Below, one piece after another: positions 1-12,500 of a stretch of 64,000 nt of DNA (positions are counted from its first letter, which is position 1; every line of letters starts with the position of its first letter). The notes under the pieces are model-generated. The model saw only the letters and a list, made by a program, of their open reading frames with translations, was not told where the DNA came from and did not search any database. A program made the translations under genes and the position numbers. Source of the stretch: Polymyxa betae A26-41 (Eukaryota; Protista; Endomyxa: Phytomyxea); assembly GCA_003693705.1 (NCBI GenBank), contig RBZT01000703.1, forward strand, positions 34,919 to 98,918. Reading direction: 5' to 3'.

Positions 1-1101
1 ATCTCCACCAGGGACAACAGTAGGCGGCTGGTAGTTGATACCGACTTTGAAACCGGTCGGGCACCAATCGACGAAACGGATGGTACGCTTGGTCTTGACG
101 GTGCCGATGGCAGCGTTGACATCCTTGGGGACAACATCACCTCGGTACATCATACAGCAGGCCATGTACTTTCCGTGACGAGGATCACACTTGACCATCT
201 GGTTGGCGGGCTCGAAAACCGAGTTGGTGATTTCGGCGACAGAGAGCTGCTCGTGGTAAGCAATCTCAGCACTGATAACAGGAGCCAGGGCACACAGAGG
301 GAAGTGGATACGCGGGTACGGAACCAAGTTGGTCTGGAATTCGGTCAGATCGACGTTCAGGGCACCATCGAAACGCAGAGAGGCAGTGACGGACGAAATG
401 CACTGAGCGATCAGACGGTTCAGGTTGGTGTAGGTCGGGCGTTCAATGCCGAGATTACGGCGACAGATGTCGTACAAAGCCTCGTTGTCGACCATGAATG
501 CAACATCAGAGTGTTCCATCATAGCGTGGGCACACAGAACCGAGTTGTATGGTTCAACAACGGCGGTGGAGACCTGAGGCGACGGGTAGACAGCGAACTC
601 GATCTTGGACTTCTTGCCGTAGTCGACAGACAGACGTTCCAGAAGCAGGGAACCGAAACCGGAACCGGTACCACCACCGAAGGCGTGGAAGATCATGAAA
701 CCTTGCAGACCAGTGCAGTTGTCGGCCAACTTACGAAGACGGTCCAGGACGAGGTCGATGACTTCCTTTCCGATGGTGTAATGACCACGAGCGTAGTTGT
801 TGGCAGCATCTTCCTTGCCGGAGATCAACTGTTCGGGGTGGAACAGCTGACGGTAGGTACCAGTACGAACTTCATCAACGACGGTGGGCTCCAAGTCGAC
901 CATGACGGTACGAGGGACGTGCTTGCCGGCGCCGGTCTCAGAGAAGAAGGTGTTGAAGGCATCGTCACCACCCCCGATAGTCTTGTCTGATGGCATCTGA
1001 CCATCTGGTTGGATACCGTGCTCGAGGCAGAACAGCTCCCAGCAGGCGTTACCAGTCTGGACACCAGCCTGGCCGATGTGGATAGTGATACACTCACGCA
1101 T
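1..1101 (-). CDS. TUBA: Alpha-tubulin, intronless in the visible part; 3' end runs off the left edge
   Basis: Minus strand from ATG 1101 reads [64 protein letters not shown]...[10 protein letters not shown]...GGGTGSG...[24 protein letters not shown]. The ORF track lacks this frame because no stop falls inside the window. Confidence 0.98.
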   Translation of the reverse strand, partial: MRECITIHIGQAGVQTGNACWELFCLEHGIQPDGQMPSDKTIGGGDDAFNTFFSETGAGKHVPRTVMVDLEPTVVDEVRTGTYRQLFHPEQLISGKEDAANNYARGHYTIGKEVIDLVLDRLRKLADNCTGLQGFMIFHAFGGGTGSGFGSLLLERLSVDYGKKSKIEFAVYPSPQVSTAVVEPYNSVLCAHAMMEHSDVAFMVDNEALYDICRRNLGIERPTYTNLNRLIAQCISSVTASLRFDGALNVDLTEFQTNLVPYPRIHFPLCALAPVISAEIAYHEQLSVAEITNSVFEPANQMVKCDPRHGKYMACCMMYRGDVVPKDVNAAIGTVKTKRTIRFVDWCPTGFKVGINYQPPTVVPGGD

Positions 1102-1688
1102 GGCGAAGAACGGTGATGACACAAAGAATCAAGACCGATCTAATAGATTAGGGGGAGAGAGTCAACCTCGAAGCAGAGAACGACACGAACGCAACACTGA
1201 CGAGATCACAATGACGGATAGACAGCGAGGTGGAAGAGAGACCGAGGTACACTTGAGGGTACGAGTGCGATCTGCGCGTCACAGACTCACGCTGGGAGGC
1301 TGCGTTCCCTGTCACCCTCAAACCTTACGAGATCATAGCGGCCTCCCTTAAATTCCAACCTGAATTATGCGCGCGGGCATCCGAGCTGGGATGAAAATGG
1401 CGCGAAACTGGCGAAGCCCAATGTAAAAATCGCTCGAGGTAGTTTATTCATTTTGCATACTGAAAAATCATTACTCTATCAAGAATCACAATCACCTGCA
1501 ATCCCAGGAGCAATTGCGACATTTCGGCTATGCCTTGTCTATATAAATAGAATGGGCGGTTTTCATGATAGCCTCCAACATGTTATGCTTTGCCTGCCTA
1601 AACGTAAATTCGCACGTCTCTTACATGCATGATGCTCTTCTAACCATAAATTCTTATCTCGACTCGATCAGCAAAAAATGTATAGAAA

Positions 1689-3101
1689 TTGCGCTGCATA
1701 GGAGATGACGCTGCAGTCGCCATGACGAATTTAGCCGTGGGACGACTGCTCCCGCCTGTAATCGAATTAGATGCACTTGATGATCGCAGGCAGCCATTCC
1801 TGGCATTAGTCGGAAGCTCAGGGTTCCCTGGTGCCAATGTATCTGCCGATGTGGATACCATCCGGAGGTGGCCCTATCCCGTCATCTCGTCGCTGACCAT
1901 GATGCAATTCTGGACGCTGTCAGCATGGCAGAAGGCTCGCATTGATGTCAGCGCCGCCGCTGGTATCAAACGTCCCTCGAGCATTGGCGTTTTCATAATT
2001 GTCTGCCCTGATCGAGACTCCCGGTTCCGATTCGGCCTGGTCAATTCGGAACGCCTCGCAATCGACGCCTATGCTGAGAAACAAATTAAGGAGCACACAT
2101 TCGGTGTCGGTTTACGGCCCGATGGCGACGATATCTCCAGAGCCATGATCTCCTGGTCGGGCGTACTGGTCCCGAAGTCGACCACCGCCCGAATGGACGC
2201 ATTCTTCGGGCCCGATGGTCCAGGACATGCTTGGAGCATTCTGTCTACACCTCAAGGCCCTGACGGGCTCAGGCTGCGGTTTTCGATGGATGGATCGAAA
2301 ACCGCGAAGCCGATACCCATGCTGGCAATGTCGCAACCGATATCATCTGGGCAGAGGGTTTTCCTCAGGCTGAAGCTGGATTCAGTGGAGGTCGGACTGG
2401 CTGTTGAGCCGAAGGAAGGGATGGCCGTTAACGTTGGCTTGCTGTCTAGCCATAACAAGGGGCTAGCTGTCAACCTGCGGTTTCAGCTTCGATTCTTCAC
2501 TGTCACTCTCCCGATCTGGATCAGTAAAGATCCTCAAGATCTGCACACAACAATTATGTGTCTTGTAATACCGGCCACTCTCTGGGGCCTATGGAACACT
2601 GTTCCGCTTTTCACCGCTCGCAGACGTCAGCTACATGACGAGCGTCGAATGGCGGCTCATCGCAGTCTCGGTCTGAAGATTGAGAATCTACGCCATCGAA
2701 GACAGTTTGCTCTAGAGCAGCAACAAGCCATGAAAGCTGAAGCTGAAGCAAGACGTCGCGCAGAAGTGGCGAAAAGTGGGCTCATCGTTGAGAGCGCTCT
2801 GTTCTATATTGATGATGTTGATCCCGCAAGGGCGTCCACAGCGAAAAGGAGAGGTCCTGAGTTTAGTTCGGAGCTCGATGTCACCATTCCATTGCAATTC
2901 TGGGTCAACGACTCAAAGCTGACAATCGCTTCAGCACCAAAACGGTCAATGCTTGGGTTCTACTGCCCATTTGCTCCCGGTGTGGATAAAGCTCGACCAA
3001 AGCTGCGAGTGCGTTATTCATACCAAGGCGCTGCCTATACCTGTACTGTTGCCGAATGTGAGCCTTTGAGGTTACCTGATATAAGGCATTCCCGTATATA
3101 A
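1689..3101 (+). CDS. DNAJC11-like protein (DnaJ C11 C-terminal/DUF3395 domain); 5' end uncertain
   Basis: TM segment, coiled coil, then GLIVESALFY...LDVTIPLQFWVNDSKLTI...KRSMLGFYCPF...KLRVRYSYQG...EPLRLP, typical of the DNAJC11 C-terminus. No HPD J-domain seen in this ORF. Confidence 0.8.
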   Translation: MRCIGDDAAVAMTNLAVGRLLPPVIELDALDDRRQPFLALVGSSGFPGANVSADVDTIRRWPYPVISSLTMMQFWTLSAWQKARIDVSAAAGIKRPSSIGVFIIVCPDRDSRFRFGLVNSERLAIDAYAEKQIKEHTFGVGLRPDGDDISRAMISWSGVLVPKSTTARMDAFFGPDGPGHAWSILSTPQGPDGLRLRFSMDGSKTAKPIPMLAMSQPISSGQRVFLRLKLDSVEVGLAVEPKEGMAVNVGLLSSHNKGLAVNLRFQLRFFTVTLPIWISKDPQDLHTTIMCLVIPATLWGLWNTVPLFTARRRQLHDERRMAAHRSLGLKIENLRHRRQFALEQQQAMKAEAEARRRAEVAKSGLIVESALFYIDDVDPARASTAKRRGPEFSSELDVTIPLQFWVNDSKLTIASAPKRSMLGFYCPFAPGVDKARPKLRVRYSYQGAAYTCTVAECEPLRLPDIRHSRI

Positions 3102-3247
3102 ATAAATCTATAACAATGAAATGTCTAACTTTGTTTTCAATTTAGACATAATATCTCATACATGCCTGAAAAACATTTTTTATCGAAGTTGTCGCTGCCA
3201 CGCGGTTGCGGTTCTGTTTCAGTGGACTCTGTGCGTCTCGCTTCAGC

Positions 3248-3654
3248 ATGTCCTGGAGAGTGCCAAGTGCATTCTCGTCGTCCTTATTATGGCTGGGACG
3301 TCATAACTCGCTGCCTTCAGCTCCCAATTTCACCCAATTTATTGCTTCCCTGTCTGGTATGGTTCTTGTGCTCGAAGGTGTCTATCTGTTCTTATGCTCT
3401 CAACATCAGGCCGGTTTATAGAATCTCCTTCACCGTACAAACTCCCGAACGGAACTGGATATCTCCCATTGGATCTGAATTCGGAACGCACACCTGATGA
3501 TTTAGTTGTGGATATCCAAAAGAAACCATTCGACCGTCAGCAAATCATTGACATGTGGGCCGATAGCACTCTACGCAAGCGAAAGCTGAAGATGAACAAG
3601 CATAAGCGACGTAAGCGCAGGAAGGCGATCCGAAGCAAGACCAATCAAATTTAG
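3248..3654 (+). CDS. Mitochondrial small basic protein mS38/COX24/AURKAIP1-like (DUF1713); 2 exons (intron 3357-3409)
   Basis: C-terminus ADSTLRKRKLKMNKHKRRKRRK is the DUF1713 signature. The N-terminus MSWRVPSAFSSSLLWLGRH resembles a targeting peptide, and a GT..AG intron joins the two frames. Confidence 0.85.
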
Positions 3655-3705
3655 TCGTCGGCAGCTACATCGCCCCATCTTTCGACATCCATCACACAAT
3701 ACAGA

Positions 3706-4939
3706 ATGGCCATTGAAGACTGTAGAGTTGACACGTTACTGATTCACAGAGCAGACAGAGCCTTCACTCTCGTTCCATGATAGTGGAATCGGCAAAAGCT
3801 TGTCATAATGATATTGTCAAGCTTTGTTGAATCTAGCTCTGTCGTGATCGGCATAATACCTTCCAGCTCAACACGATGTCTGCGCGGCGAGGTTCGTTTA
3901 GCAGAAAACGAGCGCGATCTTTCGATACCAGCCTTGGCCATAACTTTAGCATTCAGCAACCGAAGTAAGTGGTTGCATGGAAAATGTGTTAGAAAGCGTT
4001 GAAACAGATTTGCAGAAGCAAAGTTTTGAAACGGGGTTCTTCGTCTACCCGTGTAGAGATGGATTTCTTTTTTTATATATGCATGGTAGTTTTCACTAAA
4101 TCACCAAAGCCGCTTTCCAATGAGGGCCACTCTAGGTACTGGATCAGTCGAGTGCCACAAAGTTCAATGCATTAGCAATGTTTAAGCGGTTCCAGCAAAA
4201 GTACGAATAGAATTTGCAGCTGAATCCTACCTGAAGCGTTTTTAGAAGTCACAAGCCAAGAACAGGAGATAACTCTCTATACATGTATGCTTGCATAGTT
4301 ATTTCCAGTAAAGTAGAAGTTCCTGCACATATGTTCAAGATTGATTGTTAACATGTGGCCTAGTTTTTCGAGAACACGCCTTATCAGTTGAATGTCAGAA
4401 ATGTTTGGAACTCTTATTTAAAAGGCGATGTTTCGTTCTCCTACAAAGATCTCAGAACTGCTGAGTGGGAGTGCCTTATACTACTTGACTTCAGCATCGA
4501 CTGCAGAATGTCATCGCCATATTTTTGGGCAATCGAAATGCTTGAGACATCAGAATTCGCCTGTCAAATATTAGCTAAAGTTAGTATGAAAAAAAAACGA
4601 AAGTCTAACTAACGCAATTGCGAAAACAGATAAACAGCCATACAGATGTTCTGCTAAGTCTTGCCTTACTACGATTCCAAGATGTTACTCGCTCAGATTT
4701 CCGTTTGCTGGATGCAATGGTGATAACGATGATCATGCTTAACGGAGAATAGATACTAATGGGTTATATAGGCGTTGTATATTGCTGTCTCTGCATTCGA
4801 GAGCGAATCTTCTTCGACAAGTAGAAAGTATTCTGCAGAGATTACCGAAAAGCTTGCCGGTCATTGTGATATATCAACACAAGACTTGGTCTCCAGCGCG
4901 AATCAAATGCTAGATGAATTAATGAATCCGATAGATTGA
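3706..4939 (+). CDS. Cyclin-fold protein, multi-exon; boundaries approximate
   Basis: Exon fragments EFAAESYLKRF, CIVISSKVE and FSYKDLRTAEWECLILLDFSIDCRMSSPYFW resemble cyclin-box helices. The full splice model was not resolved. Confidence 0.5.
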
Positions 4940-5004
4940 GTTTATATTACGATAAATTGTAAGTAAGCACACCGTTAAACCTCAATATACAGCAAATGCT
5001 TGCA

Positions 5005-5631
5005 TTAGCTAACCTTCTTTAGCCTCACAGCGATGTAGAAGCATACAGACTCGAGGACACATTGAATACCAATGATAGCTATCAGCCAATTGAGATGTCT
5101 TTGTAGAATTCCAGCCATCACTGGTAAGCATCTGCCAGATTCGCATGATAACCGTGCTTGGACGTCTTCTTTAAATGTATCATCTTTTCTGTTCCAGAAA
5201 TTGAATATTAGCGACTTAGATCCAACTCTGTACGTAATTAAAGCTATGCAGATAGCGATATGAGTTAGAAAAATCGATAAGAAACAGATGCAGATCAGCC
5301 GGAGCCGAACTCGACTATTCAAATTCCAAATAGTCACTGCGAGAGGCAATGGTAAAACAGCTGGAACCAACGCCGCCAAGCACAAGGAATATAATATATG
5401 ATTGGATGGAAATGTCGTCATGACATAGCATGTGATGGCGATTGTAATAATTGCCATAAAGGTCAGGATCAGGGTCGCCCTGAACAATTTCGTGACACCG
5501 CTTGCTGGAATTCCATATACAAGCGAGGTCGTTCGGGTCCAGCGCTTCTCCTCCTGGCGGCGCAATCTGTACTCGTAGACCAGATAGCGCTGCGAGTACG
5601 TAATAGTGTCGTCATCGTCAATGTCGGCCAT
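5005..5631 (-). CDS. Four-TM tetraspanin-like membrane protein
   Basis: Three N-proximal hydrophobic helices, a loop WNRKDDTFKEDVQARLSCESGRCLP, and a final TM. The canonical CCG is absent. Confidence 0.55.
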   Translation of the reverse strand: MADIDDDDTITYSQRYLVYEYRLRRQEEKRWTRTTSLVYGIPASGVTKLFRATLILTFMAIITIAITCYVMTTFPSNHILYSLCLAALVPAVLPLPLAVTIWNLNSRVRLRLICICFLSIFLTHIAICIALITYRVGSKSLIFNFWNRKDDTFKEDVQARLSCESGRCLPVMAGILQRHLNWLIAIIGIQCVLESVCFYIAVRLKKVS

Positions 5632-5744
5632 TGAAGTCGGACATTCGAAATACCAATCGGCAATCGCACTTTGAACTTTTAGCGAAAACTCACCAGACAA
5701 TTGCTAAGCAATGTAGTTTCGTTCAGGTGTATTATTACAGTATT

Positions 5745-6641
5745 CTATACCTCCATAACATCTTCAGATCGCCGCCGATTCATTTTCTTATAAACAAAAT
5801 AGCCGGTGGCAGTGACAAACAATAAACCGACAAAGGCCAGAACAACCATCCAGATCCAGGATGTGCTTGAATCTCCACTTCCAGGTTGGTCTTGTTGAAA
5901 GTAGTGATCGTCGCTCAAAGACTCAGCGACATTAAAGGTTTGTGCAGCATTTTTTTCTAATTGATCAGGATCTGTTTTAGCGGCGTCATCATCCGGTGTG
6001 GGCGATGAAGTCCCGGCTTTGAATGTTTTGATTTGATCGATGGCATAAGTCACTGTTGGAACTGTGAATGCTGTCAACGCTAATGTTCCTTTGAAGGCCC
6101 AAAGTGTTTTGAAGAAGGTGGCAAACATCATATACGTCATATAGATAGCGAAATAGATGTTATAGAATCCCGAAGAGAAAGATGACACCATCATGATTGT
6201 CAGCCACTTCTCCCTAATCAAGGTAAGAAATCTGACGATAGGTTGCGGCAGGGATAATCCTGAGCTTTTTTGAATCAGTTCAGCAACGAGCGGATTGCTC
6301 ATTCCTGCCTCGACCATCTCAAACGTTGGCTGGACAGCGTCAACAGCCGCTTGCTCGACACGAGACCGTTCGTTGTCGTTACGAGCGAAAAGATAGTTCT
6401 TGTAGCCTTGTAGGCGTTTGACAATCTCGCCCAGCCTGCGATACCACCTGCTGTTAGGCAAACTATTCTCTGGTGAAGACTCTGTGGTAGTCCTCTGTTC
6501 AGGGCTGGGAACTGGTCCGGTGGATTCTGGGACAGAACCAACAGTTGCATCCTGCTCTGTTATCTCAACACCATTTGTGGAGTGCAGCAGTAATATAATG
6601 ACTAGGAGGGCAGAGAGCGAGAACTCCAACCTGAGACGCAT
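5745..6641 (-). CDS. Uncharacterised membrane protein with signal peptide and C-terminal TM
   Basis: Intronless ORF. MRLRLEFSLSALLVIILLLHSTNG signal-like start, internal hydrophobic stretch, C-terminal WIWMVVLAFVGLLFVTATGYFVY followed by basic residues. Confidence 0.7.
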   Translation of the reverse strand: MRLRLEFSLSALLVIILLLHSTNGVEITEQDATVGSVPESTGPVPSPEQRTTTESSPENSLPNSRWYRRLGEIVKRLQGYKNYLFARNDNERSRVEQAAVDAVQPTFEMVEAGMSNPLVAELIQKSSGLSLPQPIVRFLTLIREKWLTIMMVSSFSSGFYNIYFAIYMTYMMFATFFKTLWAFKGTLALTAFTVPTVTYAIDQIKTFKAGTSSPTPDDDAAKTDPDQLEKNAAQTFNVAESLSDDHYFQQDQPGSGDSSTSWIWMVVLAFVGLLFVTATGYFVYKKMNRRRSEDVMEV

Positions 6642-6912
6642 GTGTAACTTTGTCAGCCCGGAAGCAAATGATTTCACCGCAGGGACACCCCGCGCGGAAA
6701 TTGAATGGATTTCTAAAGGGTCACAACCTCGGTCGTGAAGCGTGGTGCCATGGCTGGAAGTAACACATCGATCATTATTCCTGATTAATCCATTATGGGA
6801 ATTGGGGCCCAAATGCCTTTTATAAATGTCACATTTTAAGTACAGTCATCGTCTGTCAAGACTCAACATTAAAAGGCGCGCAGCCCTCATTCCCCTTTAT
6901 GCCAGTTGCTTG

Positions 6913-8427
6913 ATGTTTAGAAGAATCGTGGTCATTGCTGTATCGCTGCTGTTAGTACAGGCAGAACGAAACAACAATTGGGCTGTGCTTGTAAGAAGTG
7001 CTGTTTTAATAAATAGCTTGATGTGGACCCGATTTTCAGGTGGATACCTCGCGATACTTCTTCAATTATCGCCATGTGGCTGATACGCTTAGCTTTTACC
7101 ATACAGTGAAAGCTGCTGGTATCCCTGACTCTCAGATAATTTTGATGCTTGCTGATGATATGGCTTGCAATCCACGAAATGCCATGCCTGGTCAAATGTT
7201 TAATAATCGGGAGCACGACATCGATTTATATGGGAAGGTGCTCAGTTTCCATATTTGACATTGATAAATGTTAAGATTTTTCAAAAACCTTCAATGTGTC
7301 GATGTGGCTACGTTTTAAGCTTAGATTAGGACGTCGAGGTCGATTACCGAGGCACCGACGTCACCGTTGAAAACTTCATTCGCGTTTTGACCAACCGGCA
7401 CAGCAAAGGCACAGCAAAATCTAAACGATTATTGACAGTGAGCTCCGTAGCAACTAAACTGATGTCCTGTTCAATTTGTTTATACAGGATGAGTCCAGTA
7501 ATATTCTAATTTTTATGGCTGGTCATGGCGGAGACGAATTTTTGAAGTAAGTTTGCTCGAACTCATGTTTTGCTATTTGGAAAACTTCTTTGCTTAACTC
7601 ATGTTCAAACTTGAACTTTTGTACATCAAATTGTCTCAGTTTTCTCCTAGGTTTCAGGATTTGGAGGTACTATCATTGACGGTATTGGCAAGCCGCAAGT
7701 GCTCAGAATATTGCAGGAAATCACAAGTCAAGATATTGCTGATGCTCTTGATCAGATGGCGATTCAACGTCGATTCAATGAGATTTTGTTCATAGTAGAT
7801 ACATGTCAAGCCAGTACGCTGTATACCAGGTTTCGAGCGAAGAACGTTGTCGGGATGGGAAGCAGTAGCAAAGGCGAGAATTCATACTCTCACCATAGCG
7901 ATCCTGTTCTCGGCGTTAGCGTTATCGATAGGTTCACGTACTATGCTCTTGAATTTCTGGAGAAACGACTATCCCAAACGAAATCTTCGAAGGCAACTTT
8001 GCAGGACTTTGTAGGTTACTTTTCGTTTCGATTGGATTGTTCTATTTCGCTTTGCAGAATATATTCTTTAATTAACTAAATTTGCCTGCAGACCGATCAC
8101 TTCTCATATTCTAAGCTTCGGTCGAATCATAAAATTCGTGGCGATTTGATCAACCGTAACTTGTCGTCGATTCTGATTACCGAATTCTTTTCTGCTGTCA
8201 CATCAATTGAATCCCAACCATATTTTTACCCAATCAAGGCGACGAAAACCGGTCATAACAAGCAGAATGAGGCTGAATTTGTTGCTGAGTCGACTTCAGA
8301 AAACGTCAATCCCGAATCTACATTTACAGAATTTGCTTCTCCTGAGCAGACACTATCATTGATTATTGTTATGGTATCTTTGTGTATATATCTCGATCGG
8401 AGATTTTTTAGCAATAAACAAGCATAA
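6913..8427 (+). CDS. GPI8: GPI-anchor transamidase catalytic subunit (peptidase C13), multi-exon
   Basis: [32 protein letters not shown], catalytic [13 protein letters not shown] and [23 protein letters not shown]-terminal TM. Confidence 0.96.
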
Positions 8428-8476
8428 AGGATGCAGAACTTGATCAAGTGATGATGACGCTCTGTATTCAACGTGT

Positions 8477-9206
8477 TTATGCAGTGAAATTTTTGACCAT
8501 TTTTCGGTAATCTTCAATGTGCGATGCCACAGACAGATCCATGCTTTTGTCACCGATATTGACAACCAAACCTCCCAGAATTTCAGGCTGCACTTTCGTC
8601 TGTATCTCTAACTTCTCTCCTTGCTTCAGATGCTTGGACAGAGCTTTTTCAAGGGCTTTGGATTCATCTGCAGACATTGGCGCTGCGGTGATGACCTCAG
8701 CCACTACTTTGCCACTGTGCGCATCAACAATCTTTTGGAAGTCATGAGCAATGACAGCTAAATCTGGAAGACGCCCGTTTTCAACAAGGACACCAAGAAA
8801 CCTCGAGGTCGTCTCGCAAACGTTCTTGCCGAACATCTTGTCAATTTTCGCTCTCTTCTCGTCCTTGTTAATGGTAGGATCCTACAGCAACATTATAAGC
8901 TTGGACAACTGAAGGATTTTTAAGTGATCCCGCACTGGAGAAACTGTGCAGTTTACAAGCGAATCCAAAAGTTAGAAAAAAAAATTGATCAAGCATTCTG
9001 ACCTTAAGGAAGTCTTCGAAAGCGTCATTGGTATCAGCAAGGTTTTGAAGAGCAGATAGCTCAGAGGCGACTTTGTCAACCGATTTGGCCTCAGCGGCAG
9101 CGTTATAAAGAGCATGGGCATAGCGGCCACCGACTCCAAACAATTGGATTGGAGACGAAGCGGCAGCCGACAAGCATCTTCGGCTACGAATCAATCGGCT
9201 CAGCAT
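8477..9206 (-). CDS. ATP5PO: Mitochondrial ATP synthase OSCP (subunit 5/delta-like); 2 exons
   Basis: PIQLFGVGGRYAHALY, LVENGRL and KVQPEILGGLVVNIGDKSMDLSV motifs, plus an Arg/Ser-rich targeting peptide. Confidence 0.96.
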
Positions 9207-9538
9207 GATAAAGAAGGTGGCGACAGAGCACAGCCAAAGACAGATTATGTATGCCGGACATACGAGGAAACCCACACATACAGAGACACTGGGTCATAAT
9301 TTCATTACTCGTTAGCCAGGCAGAGTGCTCAACAATGGGCCTATTTAGAAACAGAAAAGAGATGTTGATCGAGGATTAATTACAAGGGCATATTTCAACA
9401 GCTGAACGCCAAGGTTTGTAATTTATAAAGACATTGATTTTGGACAATGAGATTTTTACAGATATTGATCAGCATTTCGCTTTAACTTGAATGGAACTGA
9501 TCCGTCAATCGGGTTTTCTTTATCGACATATGCCTGCA

Positions 9539-12500
9539 TTACAACGAATAGGCAAATGGTTCTCGATCCCCAATGAAACTTACAATTTTGTCAATGACAA
9601 CAGCATCGATACCGAACTTATGAGATATCTCTTGGTTGATGGGATCATTATTAGCATAGCTCCAAGTTGCCAAGACAAGACCAGCTGCCTTAACTGTGGT
9701 AATTAATTTAGGGGATTTTAACATTGGGTCGGCAAATGACACAATGCCAACCAGGTTCTGCCTTTTGGCAAACCGAACAGCATCCCTGAGAGACTGGCCT
9801 AAGCAGTGTCAGAACATTGGCAGCATTATAAAGACCAAATCACCTCGAGGGTCCCAGCATGGCGCACTGCCAGCTTCTGTTAAGAAGAACACAGGATACG
9901 ATGGCTGCTTCAGGCTGGCAAGGGTACATATATCAGGGTCGAATGACGAGAACATAATCCGACGAAATCCGGCATGATCAAAGACGACCTAGAAGCTATT
10001 ACCAAATCAGGCAATGCATCGTTCCTAGCATACCTTTAATACTGCATCCACGTAATCATTTCTAAAGAAGGTGAATACATAATGAATTTGATTGAAAACA
10101 CAAATACCTCGAGGCAAATTTGCAGCCAACCTCAGCACGGGTGATGTCAGGCGGGTATTTCAGCTCAATGTTGAATCCAACAGTGGCGGGAACCCTACGA
10201 AATTGGGTTTGCTGGAAAGCTTCCGACAATTAACAAACTATTACTGAGAGAAACAATCTTTCAGTAGCGGGAACTTATCACGAATTTCGTTAGCTATAGA
10301 GTGAGCATTGACACTCATTTTCCGGCGCTACAATTTAGGTGAATTAAAGGAACATCAAAGATGCAATAGCTTACACGATGATGTAGGTCGAGGTCATCTA
10401 CTGTCTTCGAGCCGCGCTCTCGTGCTAATGTTCGCAATTCGTAAAACTGTTTCAGCGTGATGGAGGACACCGGAATTGGAGGAACCTAAAGAGTGTGATT
10501 TGCTGAACAAGAGTCTATTCATGCTAGAATGATTACACCGGGCATTCTGTGTAGATGGAAAGCCCAATCATGGTATATGATAGGGACAAGATCCATAGTT
10601 AGCTGAACATCGAACCTGCAAACACGATGCTGAGCTCAAACGTCCTATACCATAAATACGTACTCGATATATTCTGCACCTAAAGCAGCAGCAGTAACAA
10701 AACTCAAAATAGTGTTCTCTTGAGTTCTCAGCCTACACACGCTTCTCAGCCAGATAGGAACGAGAGTGAAGCACCACTATTACGATTGCTGCGGCTGTTT
10801 TGACAGATAGCGAGTAGCACCGGAGCCACGATGCCCAATGATCTTGGTCGATTTACTAAACGACCTTCCCAAAACAGTCTTCATATTTTTATGCAAAAGC
10901 GGCCTGGCAACCAGAAATTCGAAATTACATTCACCGACAGGTTCTCGATTGATATCACTAATCAATGGTATCGTATAATGCCCCTAACAATCAGATTAGA
11001 AGATTCAGGTTTGTGAATGATGTCAAAGCGACTTCAAGTTCTCTGAGCAAGCAGCTGGACATCACGGAGCCTGAGCCGATTCGGAATCCTTTCCCGCAAA
11101 AAACATTGAAGAAAATGCAGAACTGAGGAGGTTGACCGTCTTTGTGCACTCGAAGCTAGCAGAAGAAAATCAGCAGTTTTGCCAAAAGAGCGAATCTACG
11201 AACCTGAAATCTGACGGTCTCCATCTTATCATGCATAGGTAAAGGAATCTCTCGAGTGACTTTCTTGCCGCCAACCATATGCCCAATTTGTATCATATCA
11301 GGCTAACAGAATCAGAAACAATATAACCGGAAAAGTAAAATAAAGTTTACCGTTTCGGGACCAAACAGCCGAACAGGTGGGCGATATTCAGAAGCCGTAA
11401 CATGGCCCAATCTGACGTGAAGCTGATAATCTGCAACAAGCCATCCTTGACTGGTCCAGCTTTCACCATCTTGATAACCGAACACGCCATCATCGATAAC
11501 ATGGATTGAGTGAGAGGTCGGCTCAAACTGGAACAAAAAACTGAGCCCCCAGATCCAGTCGACATATTGGCGACTTACGATTCGATTGTTAGGAAGGACC
11601 TCCCAAATCTCCAGAACGTCTTCGTACTTGATAAGGTACTATTGGAAAGCGATGAGAAAGGAAGCCAGTTTGGAAAAGTGGCATGAACCTTATATTCGAT
11701 CCTTTGATTACGAGGATGGAGGACAGTGACCGTCCATGTGGATAGCGCGTCTTCGGTCGAGTCATTGAAGTCAGCTGGAACGCCGATATTAACGGCATGC
11801 ATATCCTCAATTAAGGGAATAGCATGTGCAGGATCCCAAGAGCTAGATCAATGTCAATTCCAAGGATGCAACAGGAGCATGGTTCAGAACCCGAAACCTG
11901 GTGTGTCGCCGCAGATGCACCTATAAATCAGGGTTAGATGAAGACAAACTGCTAACGATGATATTTACAAATAACGTTCTGATTGCACTCTGGCTCTGAT
12001 GCGGAATGTAATCTAAGACCAAATCAGAAACGAGGACGAGAGGGGCGGTGTCGTACTCGAACTAAATCCTGATTCTCTAGAACTTCAATCTCATTTTGTG
12101 CTGCAGAAGCGCCACCAATAAGTTCGTCACGAATGACGATTTGCGGCGAAACCGACGTCGACTAAAATTCCGATTTCAGATTATCGATTCTTAGCAGCGA
12201 ATTCTGAAATTATGACCTCATAATGGACCGATGACTGCTTCTTTGTAGGATTAAGCAGGTTCTGGTTGAGATCCGGTGGCTGGAACGAACCCGGTGGAGG
12301 CGTGGGAAACAGCTCAGCAAGCTCCAAATGGCCGCAATACAAGGCATAATCTCGAGGGGTCCAGCCGAGCTGATCTGTGGGTTCCCGGTTCACGCCCTCA
12401 CGAAACAGAATCTGAACAACGTTGAAATTTAAATTCTCCTGATAGCATTTTTCTACCTCGACACATTTCGTATGCCCATGATAGGCTGCAGTATGCAGAG

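Noticed and set aside
175-990. 271-aa plus-strand ORF
   Set aside because: Antisense shadow of the codon-biased alpha-tubulin gene.
1363-1380. Plus-strand frame reading NYARGH, a tubulin motif, just upstream of the tubulin gene
   Set aside because: Six residues with no flanking tubulin similarity; coincidence.
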